From: Cyclobacteriaceae bacterium
Lineage (GTDB): Bacteria > Bacteroidota > Bacteroidia > Cytophagales > Cyclobacteriaceae
DNA length: 64,000 nt
Assembly: GCA_026003355.1 (NCBI GenBank)
Contig: BPHC01000003.1
Coordinates: 39,093 to 103,092 of the forward strand
Direction of reading: 5' to 3'
In this document: positions 27,520 to 37,641 of the stretch, one piece after another
How the letters are laid out: each line of letters begins with the position of its first letter
Numbering within the stretch: position 1 is the first letter of the stretch
Notes under the pieces: model-generated
What the model was told of the DNA's origin: nothing
The model's database searches: none
Seen by the model: the letters and a program-made list of their open reading frames with translations, nothing else
Made by a program: the position numbers and the translations under genes

Positions 27520-29571
27520 GTGCGCACCAAAGCCCTCATACGCCTGTTGTTCCTGCTGTCGGCCATAGCCTGGCTGGCCATGGTGTTATCTGCGCTGGCT
27601 GTAAGTTTTAGTATGCGCGCGGGCATTCATCCCGATGTTCCCCGGTGGCTGCCACCTGTACTGCTAAATATTTACCTTTTAAGTACATACCTGTACTACA
27701 AACTTAAACTCGAGCGGGATGAACTGCTTAGTTTTACCGACCTGCTCTGGAGGGTATTTGCCACCGGCCTGTTGGCCGGCATCATATCGCTCCTGCTGCG
27801 CTTGATTGATTTTCTGTTTGGCGCTTCGCGCCTTACCGCACATTTTCTGTACAAAGAGACCGGTTATTTTATTACGGTGGGGCTTTGGGCAGCCCTGCTG
27901 ATGATAAACCTGGTAGCCTGGAAGCGCCTTATCCTATACCAGAAAACCAGATGGAACTACCGGGTGTGGATGGTTTTTGAGTACGGCCTGGTGGGTTCGC
28001 TGGTATTCAGCGCATTGCCGGTTTCGCCTTCGGAAAATATCAGGCTACTTGTTTTAGTAATTTTTATTTTACTGGCCATTCTGCTGGCAGCCAACACCAG
28101 GTGGGTGGCTTACCTTAGTTTCAGGCAGAAGCTAACGGCGCTGTTGTTGCTGTTACTCATCCTGTTCTACCACGGCTACCTGTTTTACACCTCCAATTCC
28201 ATGGTATATACCTTATATCAAAGTGAAACCGGTGTGGCAGACCACCGCTATCATCTGTTTCTGCAGGCGGTGTTTATCTTCATTTTAGTGTATGGATCTT
28301 TTTCCTTTCTGGTAATACTGTTTAATCTTCCTACCTCATCGGCTTTTGAAAAAAAACTGGAAGAAGTTGTAAACTTTCAGCGCATCAGTCAGGCCATTCA
28401 AACCGAACAGAACGAAGAAAGTGTATACAAAATTTTGCTGGAAACCTCGGTAAGCAGCGTAAATGCCGATGCCGCCTGGCTGGAAATGAAAACCGATAAT
28501 CCCGGAACTGCCCTTTATACCTTTGGCATTGATGAGGCCGAGGCCCGTAGCCTCAGTATGCATCTTCGCGATGGCCGCACAGCCGCATCGGCAGAATCCG
28601 TTACGGATAAGGCGCGGAATCTTTCCGCCCGGTTAAAAGGCTCACGGTTCCGTTCGGTAATTGTTGCACCGGTGATTGTTAAGGAGGAGCGCGTGGGAAC
28701 ACTCGTATTGGTAAAGGAACTGGCCGATGGATTTAACCGCGAGATGCAGCAAATAGCAGCCACCTTTGCCAATCAGGCAGGGATTTCGATCGAGAACTTC
28801 CGGCTTATGGAAGAGGTTTTGCAAAGCGAGCGGTACAAGGAAGAACTGAAAATTGCCCGGCGTGTGCAAAAAAGCCTGCTGCCCCAGCGGCTGGAGCAGG
28901 ATGCCTGTTTTGAGGCGGCAGCTTTTTCCGAGTCGGCCGATGAAGTAGGTGGCGATTACTACGACACCTTGCGCCTTTCGCAGAACAGGGTAGGCATTAT
29001 CATTGCCGATGTTTCGGGAAAGGGTACCTCGGCCGCCTTTCATATGTCGCAAATGAAGGGCGTATTTCACAGCCTGGCCGATGAACAAACTTCTCCCGAA
29101 GCCTTTATGCAACGCGCCAATCGCGCCCTTGCCCATTGCCTGGAGCGAAGCTCGTTTATTTCGGCTGCGTATTTTGTAATCGATACCCGCAAGGGCATCA
29201 TACAATATGCCCGCGCGGGACATTGTCCGGTATTGTATTACCATGCCCGGTCCAACCGGGCAGCTTATCTGCAGGACGAAGGCCTGGCCCTGGGTATGTT
29301 GCGTCAGGATGGCTATGCCGGTATGATAAATCAAAATACAATAAACTATGAACCAAACGACCTGTTGGTATTGTACACCGACGGGATAACCGAAGCCCGG
29401 AATAGCCGGGGCGAGGAGTTTGGTTTTGACCGGCTCAGTACGGTTATATCAGAGGCGCATGCCCTGCCGGCCCAGCACATTGTTAACCGCGTAATCGATG
29501 CCCTGTACGAATTTACCGGAACAAAAAACATAAATGATGATTACACCATTTTAACCGTAAAATTCAGGTAA
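27520..29571 (+). CDS. Membrane-bound SpoIIE/PP2C-family phosphatase with GAF-like sensor region (RsbU-like)
   Basis: About 290-aa polytopic N-terminal region (8-9 TM helices) and a central GAF-like segment. The C-terminal PP2C region carries ARRVQKSLLP...GGDYYD...IADVSGKG...LYTDGITEA...DDYTIL. Confidence 0.85.
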   Translation: MRTKALIRLLFLLSAIAWLAMVLSALAVSFSMRAGIHPDVPRWLPPVLLNIYLLSTYLYYKLKLERDELLSFTDLLWRVFATGLLAGIISLLLRLIDFLFGASRLTAHFLYKETGYFITVGLWAALLMINLVAWKRLILYQKTRWNYRVWMVFEYGLVGSLVFSALPVSPSENIRLLVLVIFILLAILLAANTRWVAYLSFRQKLTALLLLLLILFYHGYLFYTSNSMVYTLYQSETGVADHRYHLFLQAVFIFILVYGSFSFLVILFNLPTSSAFEKKLEEVVNFQRISQAIQTEQNEESVYKILLETSVSSVNADAAWLEMKTDNPGTALYTFGIDEAEARSLSMHLRDGRTAASAESVTDKARNLSARLKGSRFRSVIVAPVIVKEERVGTLVLVKELADGFNREMQQIAATFANQAGISIENFRLMEEVLQSERYKEELKIARRVQKSLLPQRLEQDACFEAAAFSESADEVGGDYYDTLRLSQNRVGIIIADVSGKGTSAAFHMSQMKGVFHSLADEQTSPEAFMQRANRALAHCLERSSFISAAYFVIDTRKGIIQYARAGHCPVLYYHARSNRAAYLQDEGLALGMLRQDGYAGMINQNTINYEPNDLLVLYTDGITEARNSRGEEFGFDRLSTVISEAHALPAQHIVNRVIDALYEFTGTKNINDDYTILTVKFR

Positions 29572-29588
29572 ACAGGTATGATTACAGA

Positions 29589-29596
29589 TAAGTTTG
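29589..29596 (+). promoter_or_regulatory. Candidate -7 box (TAAGTTTG)
   Basis: Perfect TAnnTTTG match, 51 nt upstream of ATG 29647 (the STAS gene). Confidence 0.35.
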
Positions 29597-29646
29597 CCAA
29601 CTTAGGTTAACCGGCCATGATAATAAAACGTTAAATTAAAAAAGCT

Positions 29647-29988
29647 ATGGTTCAAATAAAGCGCACCCAGCAGGATGGCATTGACATCATCAGGCCCGAA
29701 GGAGAGATAGATGCTTCTTCATCCATTGAACTCGACCTTACCATAGCCAAAAGCATTGGTGAAGGATTTACCCGCATACTGGTGGATTGCTCGGCACTGG
29801 ACTACATATCTTCAGCCGGACTGGGCGTGTTTATGTCGTACATAGAAGAAATGCGCGATAAAAAAATCCGGATGGTATTGTTCGGAATGCACAACAAGGT
29901 AGCCAACACATTCGATATTTTGGGCTTAAACCGTCTTCTTACCATTACGGCAACCAAAGAAGAAGCCCTCAGGGCGCTTAACGGTTAA
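29647..29988 (+). CDS. STAS-domain anti-sigma-factor antagonist (SpoIIAA/RsbV-like)
   Basis: 113 aa. The conserved phospho-acceptor context LDYISSAGLGVF is present. Confidence 0.85.
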   Translation: MVQIKRTQQDGIDIIRPEGEIDASSSIELDLTIAKSIGEGFTRILVDCSALDYISSAGLGVFMSYIEEMRDKKIRMVLFGMHNKVANTFDILGLNRLLTITATKEEALRALNG

Positions 29989-29991
29989 ACC

Positions 29992-30408
29992 ATGAAACAC
30001 TCCTACAAAGTTGGATGCAGCATACAGAACCTTAGGGGCATTCGCGAATTTATTCGCAACGCCCTAAGATCGTATGGCCTCAGCGAAATGCACATCAGCG
30101 AACTGGTGCTGGCTGTTGACGAAATGAGCTCCAACCTGATGATCCATGCACACCAGTGCAACCCCGATGACCTCTTTGAATTAACCGTGGAGGTGAAGGA
30201 CAACCGCATTATTTTCGAACTGATTGACAAAAAAAATGTTTTCGACATCAACGCTTTTTCCGAACCCACCCTTAACGAACTCATTTCTGAAAAACGCAAA
30301 GGCGGCCTGGGCATCCGCCTGGTAAAATCCATTATGGACTCGGTAGAATACCATAACCGCAACGGCCAAAATGTTTGCAGGCTCATAAAAAAATTCAGCA
30401 AACATTAA
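29992..30408 (+). CDS. Anti-sigma regulatory factor / Ser-Thr kinase (SpoIIAB/RsbW-like, HATPase_c_2)
   Basis: 138 aa with an N-box (AVDEMSSNLMIHA) and a G2-box (KGGLGIRLVKSIMD). It starts 4 nt after the STAS gene. Confidence 0.8.
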   Translation: MKHSYKVGCSIQNLRGIREFIRNALRSYGLSEMHISELVLAVDEMSSNLMIHAHQCNPDDLFELTVEVKDNRIIFELIDKKNVFDINAFSEPTLNELISEKRKGGLGIRLVKSIMDSVEYHNRNGQNVCRLIKKFSKH

Positions 30409-30427
30409 TTTCGCCTTTTTTAAAAAT

Positions 30428-32347
30428 ATGATCCGCTTGATAATCCTGCTGCTGGCGGCCATTCAGGCTTTCGCACAAAAAAATCCAGCCGTGCTGTCGG
30501 TAAACGGAAAAGACATTCCGGCCGATGAACTGGCTTACCTGTTCAGAAAAAACTATCCGGAGGCCCGTGAGCATTCGCCCCAAAAAGTTAACGATTACCT
30601 TAAGTTGTATATACGGTTTCGCCTTAAGGTAGAAGAGGCATTAAACCGCAGCCTTGACACCACCCTGCAATTCCGCCGGGAATTTGCTACCTACCGGGAA
30701 GAATTGCGCAAAACCTACCTGCGCGAAGACAAGCTAACCGATAGCCTGGTACGGCTAACTTATGAAAGACTAAAGGAAGAAATCAGCGCATCGCACATTC
30801 TCGTGGCCCTACAGCCCGATGCTTCACCCGATGATACCCTTAAAGCCTGGCAACGGGCACAGGACGTACTGGCCCGCGTGCGCCGGGGTGAAGCGTTTGA
30901 CAGACTGGCACGAGAACTGTCGGATGACCCTTCGGCCCGTAACAATGGAGGCCACCTGGGATACTTTACCGCCCTGCAAATGGTTTATCCCTTCGAAACT
31001 GCGGCCTGGTCTGGCAAACCCGGTGACGTGGTAGGGCCGGTGCGTACCAGGTTCGGTTATCATATACTGAAAATAGAAGACCGTAAACCGGCACGGGGCG
31101 AGGTAGAGGTAAGCCACATTATGCTGCGTACCCTGCCGGGGCGTGACGAAACCCAAACCCGCAACCTCATCTTCGAAATCTACGATCAGCTAAAGGCCGG
31201 AGTTCCCTGGAACGACCTCTGCGCGCGTTATTCCGAAGATCTCAACTCCAAAAGCAACAACTGCCGGCTGCGCCCCTTTGGCGTGGGGGCCATGGCACAG
31301 GTACCTGAGTTCGATGCCGTTGCCTTTTCTCTGCAAAGCCCGGGCGACCTTTCTGACCCATTCAAAACAGCTTATGGCTGGCATATTGTACGCCTGGAAA
31401 AGAAAATACCACTGCCGCCATTCGAACAGCTGGAGTCTTCCCTGCGCAGCCGGGTAGTACGCGATGAACGCTTGCAGGCAGCACGGGCGGCCTATTACTC
31501 AAAACTTAAACGCCAATACGGCTTTTCAGAAAATCAGGAGCTTAAACGTAAGCTGCTGGTTGTGGCCGATACCCTGTTAAAAAAAGATGCCCCCAACCTG
31601 CCGTTTTACAATCCTGGAGAAACCCTTCTTTCGGTTGCCGGAAAAATCCATACCGCCGGGCAGTTCATTGATTTCGTTAAAATGAACCGCCAAACCTCCA
31701 CCCGTCCGGCACCCGGCCAGTCGAATCAACTGTATAACCGGTTTGTTGAAAATGCCCTGGCCGAGCAGGCAGAACAGGAGCTGATGCAGCAAAAAACCGA
31801 TTACCGCTTTTTGCTCAAAGAATACTACGAAGGTATTTTACTGTTCGATATCATGGAAAAAGAAGTGTGGAACCGGGCAGCCACCGATTCGGCCGGCCTG
31901 CGTGCCTTTTTTGAGGCAAACAGGGCCCGTTACCATGCCGGCGAACGGGCACAGGCCGTTATCTATTCGGCCTCCCAGGCCGACCTGCTGGCGACGCTCA
32001 AAGGCTATCTGGAACAACGCGATACCGCTGGAGCAGCACAATTTGTGCAGGAAAAGCGCATCCGTACCGATGCCGGCAAATTTCAACGTACCGACCGCCC
32101 GGTTTTGCACAATTTAACCTGGAGGCCCGGCCTGTATCAGGCCGAAAACAACGGAATGTATTACCTTGTGCACATTTTGCAAATACTGCCGCCCGGCTTG
32201 CTTTCGTTTGAAGAAGCAAAAATTTCTGTCCTTTCCGACTACCAGCAGGAGGTGGAAGACCAATGGGTGGCCGATTTGCAGAAAAAATATCCGGTAAAGG
32301 TTTATGAAAAAGGTCGAAAATATCTTGTCCGACTGCTGCGCAGGTAA
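30428..32347 (+). CDS. Parvulin-type peptidyl-prolyl isomerase (SurA/PpiD-like, two PPIase domains)
   Basis: Signal peptide, then two parvulin cores (ISASHILV...FGYHILKIEDRK and ...YGWHIVRLEKK). Confidence 0.8.
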   Translation: MIRLIILLLAAIQAFAQKNPAVLSVNGKDIPADELAYLFRKNYPEAREHSPQKVNDYLKLYIRFRLKVEEALNRSLDTTLQFRREFATYREELRKTYLREDKLTDSLVRLTYERLKEEISASHILVALQPDASPDDTLKAWQRAQDVLARVRRGEAFDRLARELSDDPSARNNGGHLGYFTALQMVYPFETAAWSGKPGDVVGPVRTRFGYHILKIEDRKPARGEVEVSHIMLRTLPGRDETQTRNLIFEIYDQLKAGVPWNDLCARYSEDLNSKSNNCRLRPFGVGAMAQVPEFDAVAFSLQSPGDLSDPFKTAYGWHIVRLEKKIPLPPFEQLESSLRSRVVRDERLQAARAAYYSKLKRQYGFSENQELKRKLLVVADTLLKKDAPNLPFYNPGETLLSVAGKIHTAGQFIDFVKMNRQTSTRPAPGQSNQLYNRFVENALAEQAEQELMQQKTDYRFLLKEYYEGILLFDIMEKEVWNRAATDSAGLRAFFEANRARYHAGERAQAVIYSASQADLLATLKGYLEQRDTAGAAQFVQEKRIRTDAGKFQRTDRPVLHNLTWRPGLYQAENNGMYYLVHILQILPPGLLSFEEAKISVLSDYQQEVEDQWVADLQKKYPVKVYEKGRKYLVRLLRR

Positions 32348-33221
32348 ACTGCTGCCTGTGCTGCTGGTAACCCTGCTCCTGGGGAGCTGCGACCTCATTC
32401 GCATGAAACGTAACCCGGATGAACAACCCGAAGATGAAAGGTTGCCCGTGGCACGCGTAAACAAATCATATCTGTACAAAGATGACCTTACCAGCATTAT
32501 TCAGCCCGGAACCTTGCCCGAAGACAGTGCCCGTAGGGTTGAAGCATATGTTAACAGCTGGATACGCAAACAACTGCTCATGCAGGAAGCCCTGAAAAAA
32601 ATAAACATTAACGAAGCCGAACTGGAACGTAAAATTTTAGATTACCGGTACAGCCTCATTGCCTACGAGTACCAGGCTTACTACATAAGGCAGCACCTGG
32701 ATACGGCTGTAAGCCGGGCCGACATTGAAAAATACTACAACGAAAACCGCGATAACTTCATCCTGAAACAAAATATTGTACGGGCCACCTTTGTAAAAGT
32801 GCCCAAAAGTGCCCCTCGCATAAACAAACTTAAAGACCTTATACTTTCCAATAAAGAAAAAGACCGGAACGAGCTCAAATCATATTGCCTAAGCTTTTCG
32901 GCAGCCTACCACCTCAGCGATTCAACCTGGATGGTTTTTGATGAACTGGTAAAAAACTCACCTCTGGCCGAAATACCCAATAAAGTGCAGTTTCTACGCA
33001 ATTACTCCTACTATGAAACAGCTGACGACAACTACCTTTACTTTCTTAAAGTAGATGAATACCGGATTTCTGATAGTCTCTCGCCACTGGAATTTGTGCG
33101 CGATGAAATCAGAAATATTTTACTTAACAAGCGCAAGGTTGAACTGGTTAAAAAGCTGGAAGACGAAATTTATGCTGAGGCACAAAACAACAAGGAATTT
33201 GAAATATTGAGCGGACGATGA
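32304..33221 (+). CDS. Lipoprotein, SurA-N/chaperone-like (no parvulin core seen)
   Basis: Lipobox-like LLLGSC. The helical K/E-rich sequence resembles SurA N-terminal chaperone regions. It overlaps the upstream gene by 44 nt and the downstream gene by 4 nt. Confidence 0.55.
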   Translation: MKKVENILSDCCAGKLLPVLLVTLLLGSCDLIRMKRNPDEQPEDERLPVARVNKSYLYKDDLTSIIQPGTLPEDSARRVEAYVNSWIRKQLLMQEALKKININEAELERKILDYRYSLIAYEYQAYYIRQHLDTAVSRADIEKYYNENRDNFILKQNIVRATFVKVPKSAPRINKLKDLILSNKEKDRNELKSYCLSFSAAYHLSDSTWMVFDELVKNSPLAEIPNKVQFLRNYSYYETADDNYLYFLKVDEYRISDSLSPLEFVRDEIRNILLNKRKVELVKKLEDEIYAEAQNNKEFEILSGR

Positions 33222-34561
33222 AAACTGTAATGAAGCACTTTTTTGTATCTCTGCTTGTGCTTGCATCCATTGCACTGAATGCACAGGATAATGGCGGTTT
33301 TGTTATTGATAAAATCATCGGTAAGGTAGATAACTACATTGTACTCAAATCGGAACTGGACAAGGCCTACCAGGAATACATCTCCAACGGTGGCCGCCCG
33401 GGTGAGGAAGCCCGGTGCCAGTACCTGGCTCTGCTGCTGCGCAACAAACTTATGATGGCCAAGGCCGAAATAGACTCGGTAATAGTGCCCGACCAGGATG
33501 TGGATGCCGAAACCGGACGGAGAATGAACATTATACTGGCCCAGTACGGAGGCTCACAGCAGGAACTGGAACAGAAATTCAACAAAACCTTCGAACAGTT
33601 TCGCCTCGAGCTGCGCGACCAGATACGCGAACAGATGATAATAAATGAAATGCAGCGCAGAATTACCAAAGACATCAGCATTACTCCTGCCGAAGTAAGG
33701 CGCTTCTTTAACCGCATACCCAAAGATAGCCTCCCTTTCTTTTCGGCCGAAGTGGAAGTAGCCCAGATTGTGCGCCTGGCCAAAGTAAGCAACGCCCAAA
33801 AAGAAATAACCAAACAAAAGCTCGCAGAACTTCGCAACCGCCTGCTGGCAGGCGAAGACTTTGGTAAACTGGCACGTGAATATTCTGACGACCCCAGCGT
33901 TACCGCCAACAATGGCGATATGGGCTATGTGGGCCGCGGCATGATGGTTCCGGAATACGAAGCCATGTGTTTTAAACTTAAGCCCGGCGAAATATCCATG
34001 CCGGTCGAAACAGCCTACGGCTTTCACATCATTCAGTTGCTCGACCGCCGGGGCAACGAATACCATTCGCGCCACATCCTCATCTCACCGGTTCCGTCTA
34101 AAGACGACCTGGCCGCAGCCCAGCATTTTCTGGACAGCCTGCGCAACCGCATTCTGCTCGACTCTATCACCTTTCAAAAAGCAGCCCGCGAGTATTCTGA
34201 CGATATAAACACCAAAGGCAACGGAGGCTTTTTTACCGACAGAGAAGGCGCCCTGCGTGTGCCGGTTGATGAGCTCGATCCGGGCGTTTACTTTGCCATC
34301 GACACCATGAAAACCGGAACCATATCCCGTCCGCTGGTATACCGAACCGATGACGGCAAAGATGCTGTTCGCATTCTTTACTACAAAAACCGGATACCAC
34401 CCCACCTGGCCGACCTGCAAAAAGACTGGGAACGGATACGTGCCGCTGCACTTAACGAAAAGCAGCTAAAGGCCCTTGAAAAATGGTTTGACCGGGCGCG
34501 CAAAGACGTGTACATCAGCATTGACCCGGCATACAACTACTGCGGCATTCTGGATAATTAA
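33218..34561 (+). CDS. Peptidyl-prolyl isomerase SurA-like
   Basis: Signal peptide, a SurA-N-like region, and two parvulin domains (..YGFHIIQLLDRRG.. plus a second degenerate one). Confidence 0.8.
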   Translation: MKTVMKHFFVSLLVLASIALNAQDNGGFVIDKIIGKVDNYIVLKSELDKAYQEYISNGGRPGEEARCQYLALLLRNKLMMAKAEIDSVIVPDQDVDAETGRRMNIILAQYGGSQQELEQKFNKTFEQFRLELRDQIREQMIINEMQRRITKDISITPAEVRRFFNRIPKDSLPFFSAEVEVAQIVRLAKVSNAQKEITKQKLAELRNRLLAGEDFGKLAREYSDDPSVTANNGDMGYVGRGMMVPEYEAMCFKLKPGEISMPVETAYGFHIIQLLDRRGNEYHSRHILISPVPSKDDLAAAQHFLDSLRNRILLDSITFQKAAREYSDDINTKGNGGFFTDREGALRVPVDELDPGVYFAIDTMKTGTISRPLVYRTDDGKDAVRILYYKNRIPPHLADLQKDWERIRAAALNEKQLKALEKWFDRARKDVYISIDPAYNYCGILDN

Positions 34562-34623
34562 GGCACTGGTGTAAAACCTGCCGCCCGTGTGGCCGATATT
34601 GTTATGTTTGCCGGATAATAGAT

Positions 34624-35589
34624 ATGAAGAAATTTGCTAACGATTTAGAAGCAGCCGATGCGCTGGCCGATGTGTACAAACAGTTAAAGGCCGAAATTGG
34701 CCGCGTAATTATTGGCCAGCACGAAGTAATACGGCTGGTGCTTACCGGCATTTTTTGCCACGGCCACAGCCTGCTGGTGGGCGTGCCCGGTCTGGCAAAG
34801 ACCCTGTTAATACAAACCATCTCCCGGTCGCTCGACCTGCAGTTTAAACGCATACAGTTTACTCCCGACCTCATGCCTTCGGATATTATAGGTGCCGAAA
34901 CACTGGATAAGGAACGCAACCTTAGGTTTGTTAAAGGGCCCGTATTTGCCCACATTGTGCTGGCTGATGAAATAAACCGTACCCCGCCCAAAACCCAGGC
35001 CGCCCTGCTGGAAGCCATGCAGGAATACGCCGTAACCGTGGGGGGTGTGCGCCATGAACTGCCCCGCCCGTTTTTTGTGCTGGCCACACAAAACCCCATT
35101 GAACAGGAAGGCACCTACCCGTTGCCCGAAGCCCAGCTGGACCGTTTCATGTTTAATATCCGGCTCACCTATCCGGAACTTAACGAAGAGGTTGAAGTGG
35201 TAAAAAGTACCACAACCGATGAGCCCCGGGCCATAAACAAGCTGCTCGATGCTGATGACATTGAAACTTTTCAGCACCTGGTGCGCCGGGTGCCGGTGCC
35301 CGAAAACGTGGTGGAGTATGCCGTGAAACTAGTATCGCAAACACGGCCCGGCACGCCAGGAGCCGCTGCACTGGCTACCGAATATCTGGAATGGGGTGCA
35401 GGACCGCGCGCCTCGCAATACCTGGTGCTCGGGGCCAAATGCAATGCCCTGCTTAACGGAAAATATTCCCCTGATGTGGAAGATGTACAGGCCGTTGCCC
35501 TGCCGGTGCTTCGCCACAGGCTGGTGCGCAATTTCAAGGCCGAGGCCGAAGGCATAAGCGTTGATGAACTGGTAAACAGGTTACTCTGA
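34624..35589 (+). CDS. MoxR-family AAA+ ATPase
   Basis: 321 aa with Walker A GVPGLAKT, Walker B ILLADEINR, and the ATQNPIEQEGTYPLPEAQLDRF motif typical of the MoxR/AAA_3 family. Confidence 0.9.
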   Translation: MKKFANDLEAADALADVYKQLKAEIGRVIIGQHEVIRLVLTGIFCHGHSLLVGVPGLAKTLLIQTISRSLDLQFKRIQFTPDLMPSDIIGAETLDKERNLRFVKGPVFAHIVLADEINRTPPKTQAALLEAMQEYAVTVGGVRHELPRPFFVLATQNPIEQEGTYPLPEAQLDRFMFNIRLTYPELNEEVEVVKSTTTDEPRAINKLLDADDIETFQHLVRRVPVPENVVEYAVKLVSQTRPGTPGAAALATEYLEWGAGPRASQYLVLGAKCNALLNGKYSPDVEDVQAVALPVLRHRLVRNFKAEAEGISVDELVNRLL

Positions 35590-35703
35590 TTACGGTATCT
35601 TACGTCAGCATAAATGCTTAGTAAAAAATTGATATATTGAAGGCTAATGGTCGTTTCCGGTAAACGGATAAGACTATGCTAAGACGTTAAGGGGCCGGTC
35701 ATT

Positions 35704-37641
35704 ATGCCGTGTAGAAATACCATATGGGCCATAATCCTCTTCTCCCATACGCTCAGTGCACAGTCCTTTGACACACTGGAAAAGCGCCTGCAAAGCGGTA
35801 CACTCAGCGCTTCCGACAGCCTTAAAGCGCTCAACATCCTGAGCCGCAATCTTACCTATATCAACACGGCACGGTCGCTTCAATATGCAAGAAAGGCGCT
35901 GGAACTTGCTGTGAAACTGGCCGACTCATCCCAACTGGCCGATGCCTACCGTAACCTCTCCAATGTGTACTCCTATAACGAGAGTTTTGCTATAAGCATA
36001 AATTACCTGCAGCAGGCTATGGACATATTTACCCGCATAAACGATTCGGTCGGGTTGGGAAACTGCTACATTTCGCTGGGCCACACCTACCGCCGGCTCC
36101 GGCAACGGCAAAAAGAACTGTACTACCACCGCAAAGCCTACCGGCTGTTCAGCAAGTTAAATATAACCGAGCGAACAGGCGTGTCCGCCCATAACCTGGG
36201 CGAGAGTTACTATTATGCAGGCAATACCGACAGCGCCCGCCTGCTTACCCGGCTGGCTGTTCAAATTAACCGCAGTATTAATAATAAGCCGGTGCTCTCA
36301 TCGTGCTACAAAGTCATGGGGCTTATTTATTTAGAAGAAAAAGAGTACGATTCAGCCCGGATGTACTTTGATAAGGTACTAAGTTTTACCGATGAACTGG
36401 GGGTTTTCGCACAAAAAGAAGCAACAATCACAGCATTAATAAAACTGGCTGAAATCCATCAGTACAGGGGTTACAGAAACAAACAAAAAGCGCTGCTGAT
36501 GGCTGCTGCCGCGTACGTACAACAGTATGGCTTGTATATGCATCTGCAGGAAGTGTATTACCAGCTGGCAAAGGCCGCAGCCGAAACAAACAATGCCGAG
36601 GAAGGAAAAGTGTACCTGGAGTGGTACCGGCAAGTTTCCGACTCGATAAGAGCTAAACGATTAGCCGACTGGCAAAATCTTATCGAAAGCTCGGCAGCAG
36701 TATACCGGCTAAACCGCCAGAACCTGATCCTGCAAAGGACAAGCCAGCATCAAAGAAGTCAGATCAAAACACTGTACGCAGTGTTACTGGCAACGGCGGT
36801 TTTTATTTTTGCTTTATTGATTGCCATAAAGCGGATAGTGGAACTGCAACACATACTCAAAAGGCGGCTGCAGATTATTGCAGGACAAAAACAACAACTG
36901 GAACAAATCAACGCCACAAAAGACCGGTTTTTCAGCATTGTGTCGCATGATTTGCGCAGCCCGCTGAATTCGCTAAGCGGATTCCTGGAACTTATAAAAG
37001 ACCATGGCCCCAAGCTGACCCGGGATGAACTGCTTAAGATGATTCATCAACTCGAAGACCGGCTTACCAACACCGCACAACTCACCGATAATCTGTTAAC
37101 ATGGGCGCGCCTGCAAATGGGTAGTTATTACCGCAAGCCGGAAAAGCTGGCGCTTAAAGAGCTCGTCTCCAACTCCTGCTCGGTGTACAGGGATGTAGCC
37201 CTTGCAAAAAACATTGCAGTAAGCTGTTTGATAGGTGATGACCTTACAGTTTATGCCGACAGAAACCAGATGGCCTTTGTGGTTCGCAATCTGATAAATA
37301 ACGCCATTAAGTTTACACCTGCCGGAGGAGCAGTAAAGGTGGAGGCTGTTAAAAAGGAAGATGGTAAAATAGAATTAACCATAGCCGATACAGGCGTGGG
37401 AATACCCCCGGAAAAAATACAGCTGTTGTTCCGTCCGGGACATAAAAAAATCAGCACGCTCGGAACGGCAGGTGAAAAGGGCACCGGACTTGGCCTGATG
37501 CTTAGCTACGAGTATTTAAACCTTAATAACGCTTCAATTAAGGTAAAAAGCGAACCGGGAAAAGGAACAGAATTTACCTTGCTGCTCCCTGCGCCCGATG
37601 GCATTGACCCCGACACTCAGGTCAGCGCAACGGAAGCCTGA
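35704..37641 (+). CDS. TPR-repeat sensor histidine kinase (orphan)
   Basis: Signal peptide and TPR-like repeats (about 300 aa), then one TM helix and the HisKA H-box FFSIVSHDLRSPLN. The HATPase N, G1 and G2 boxes (NLINNAIKFT, DTGVGI, GTGLGL) follow. Confidence 0.85.
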   Translation: MPCRNTIWAIILFSHTLSAQSFDTLEKRLQSGTLSASDSLKALNILSRNLTYINTARSLQYARKALELAVKLADSSQLADAYRNLSNVYSYNESFAISINYLQQAMDIFTRINDSVGLGNCYISLGHTYRRLRQRQKELYYHRKAYRLFSKLNITERTGVSAHNLGESYYYAGNTDSARLLTRLAVQINRSINNKPVLSSCYKVMGLIYLEEKEYDSARMYFDKVLSFTDELGVFAQKEATITALIKLAEIHQYRGYRNKQKALLMAAAAYVQQYGLYMHLQEVYYQLAKAAAETNNAEEGKVYLEWYRQVSDSIRAKRLADWQNLIESSAAVYRLNRQNLILQRTSQHQRSQIKTLYAVLLATAVFIFALLIAIKRIVELQHILKRRLQIIAGQKQQLEQINATKDRFFSIVSHDLRSPLNSLSGFLELIKDHGPKLTRDELLKMIHQLEDRLTNTAQLTDNLLTWARLQMGSYYRKPEKLALKELVSNSCSVYRDVALAKNIAVSCLIGDDLTVYADRNQMAFVVRNLINNAIKFTPAGGAVKVEAVKKEDGKIELTIADTGVGIPPEKIQLLFRPGHKKISTLGTAGEKGTGLGLMLSYEYLNLNNASIKVKSEPGKGTEFTLLLPAPDGIDPDTQVSATEA

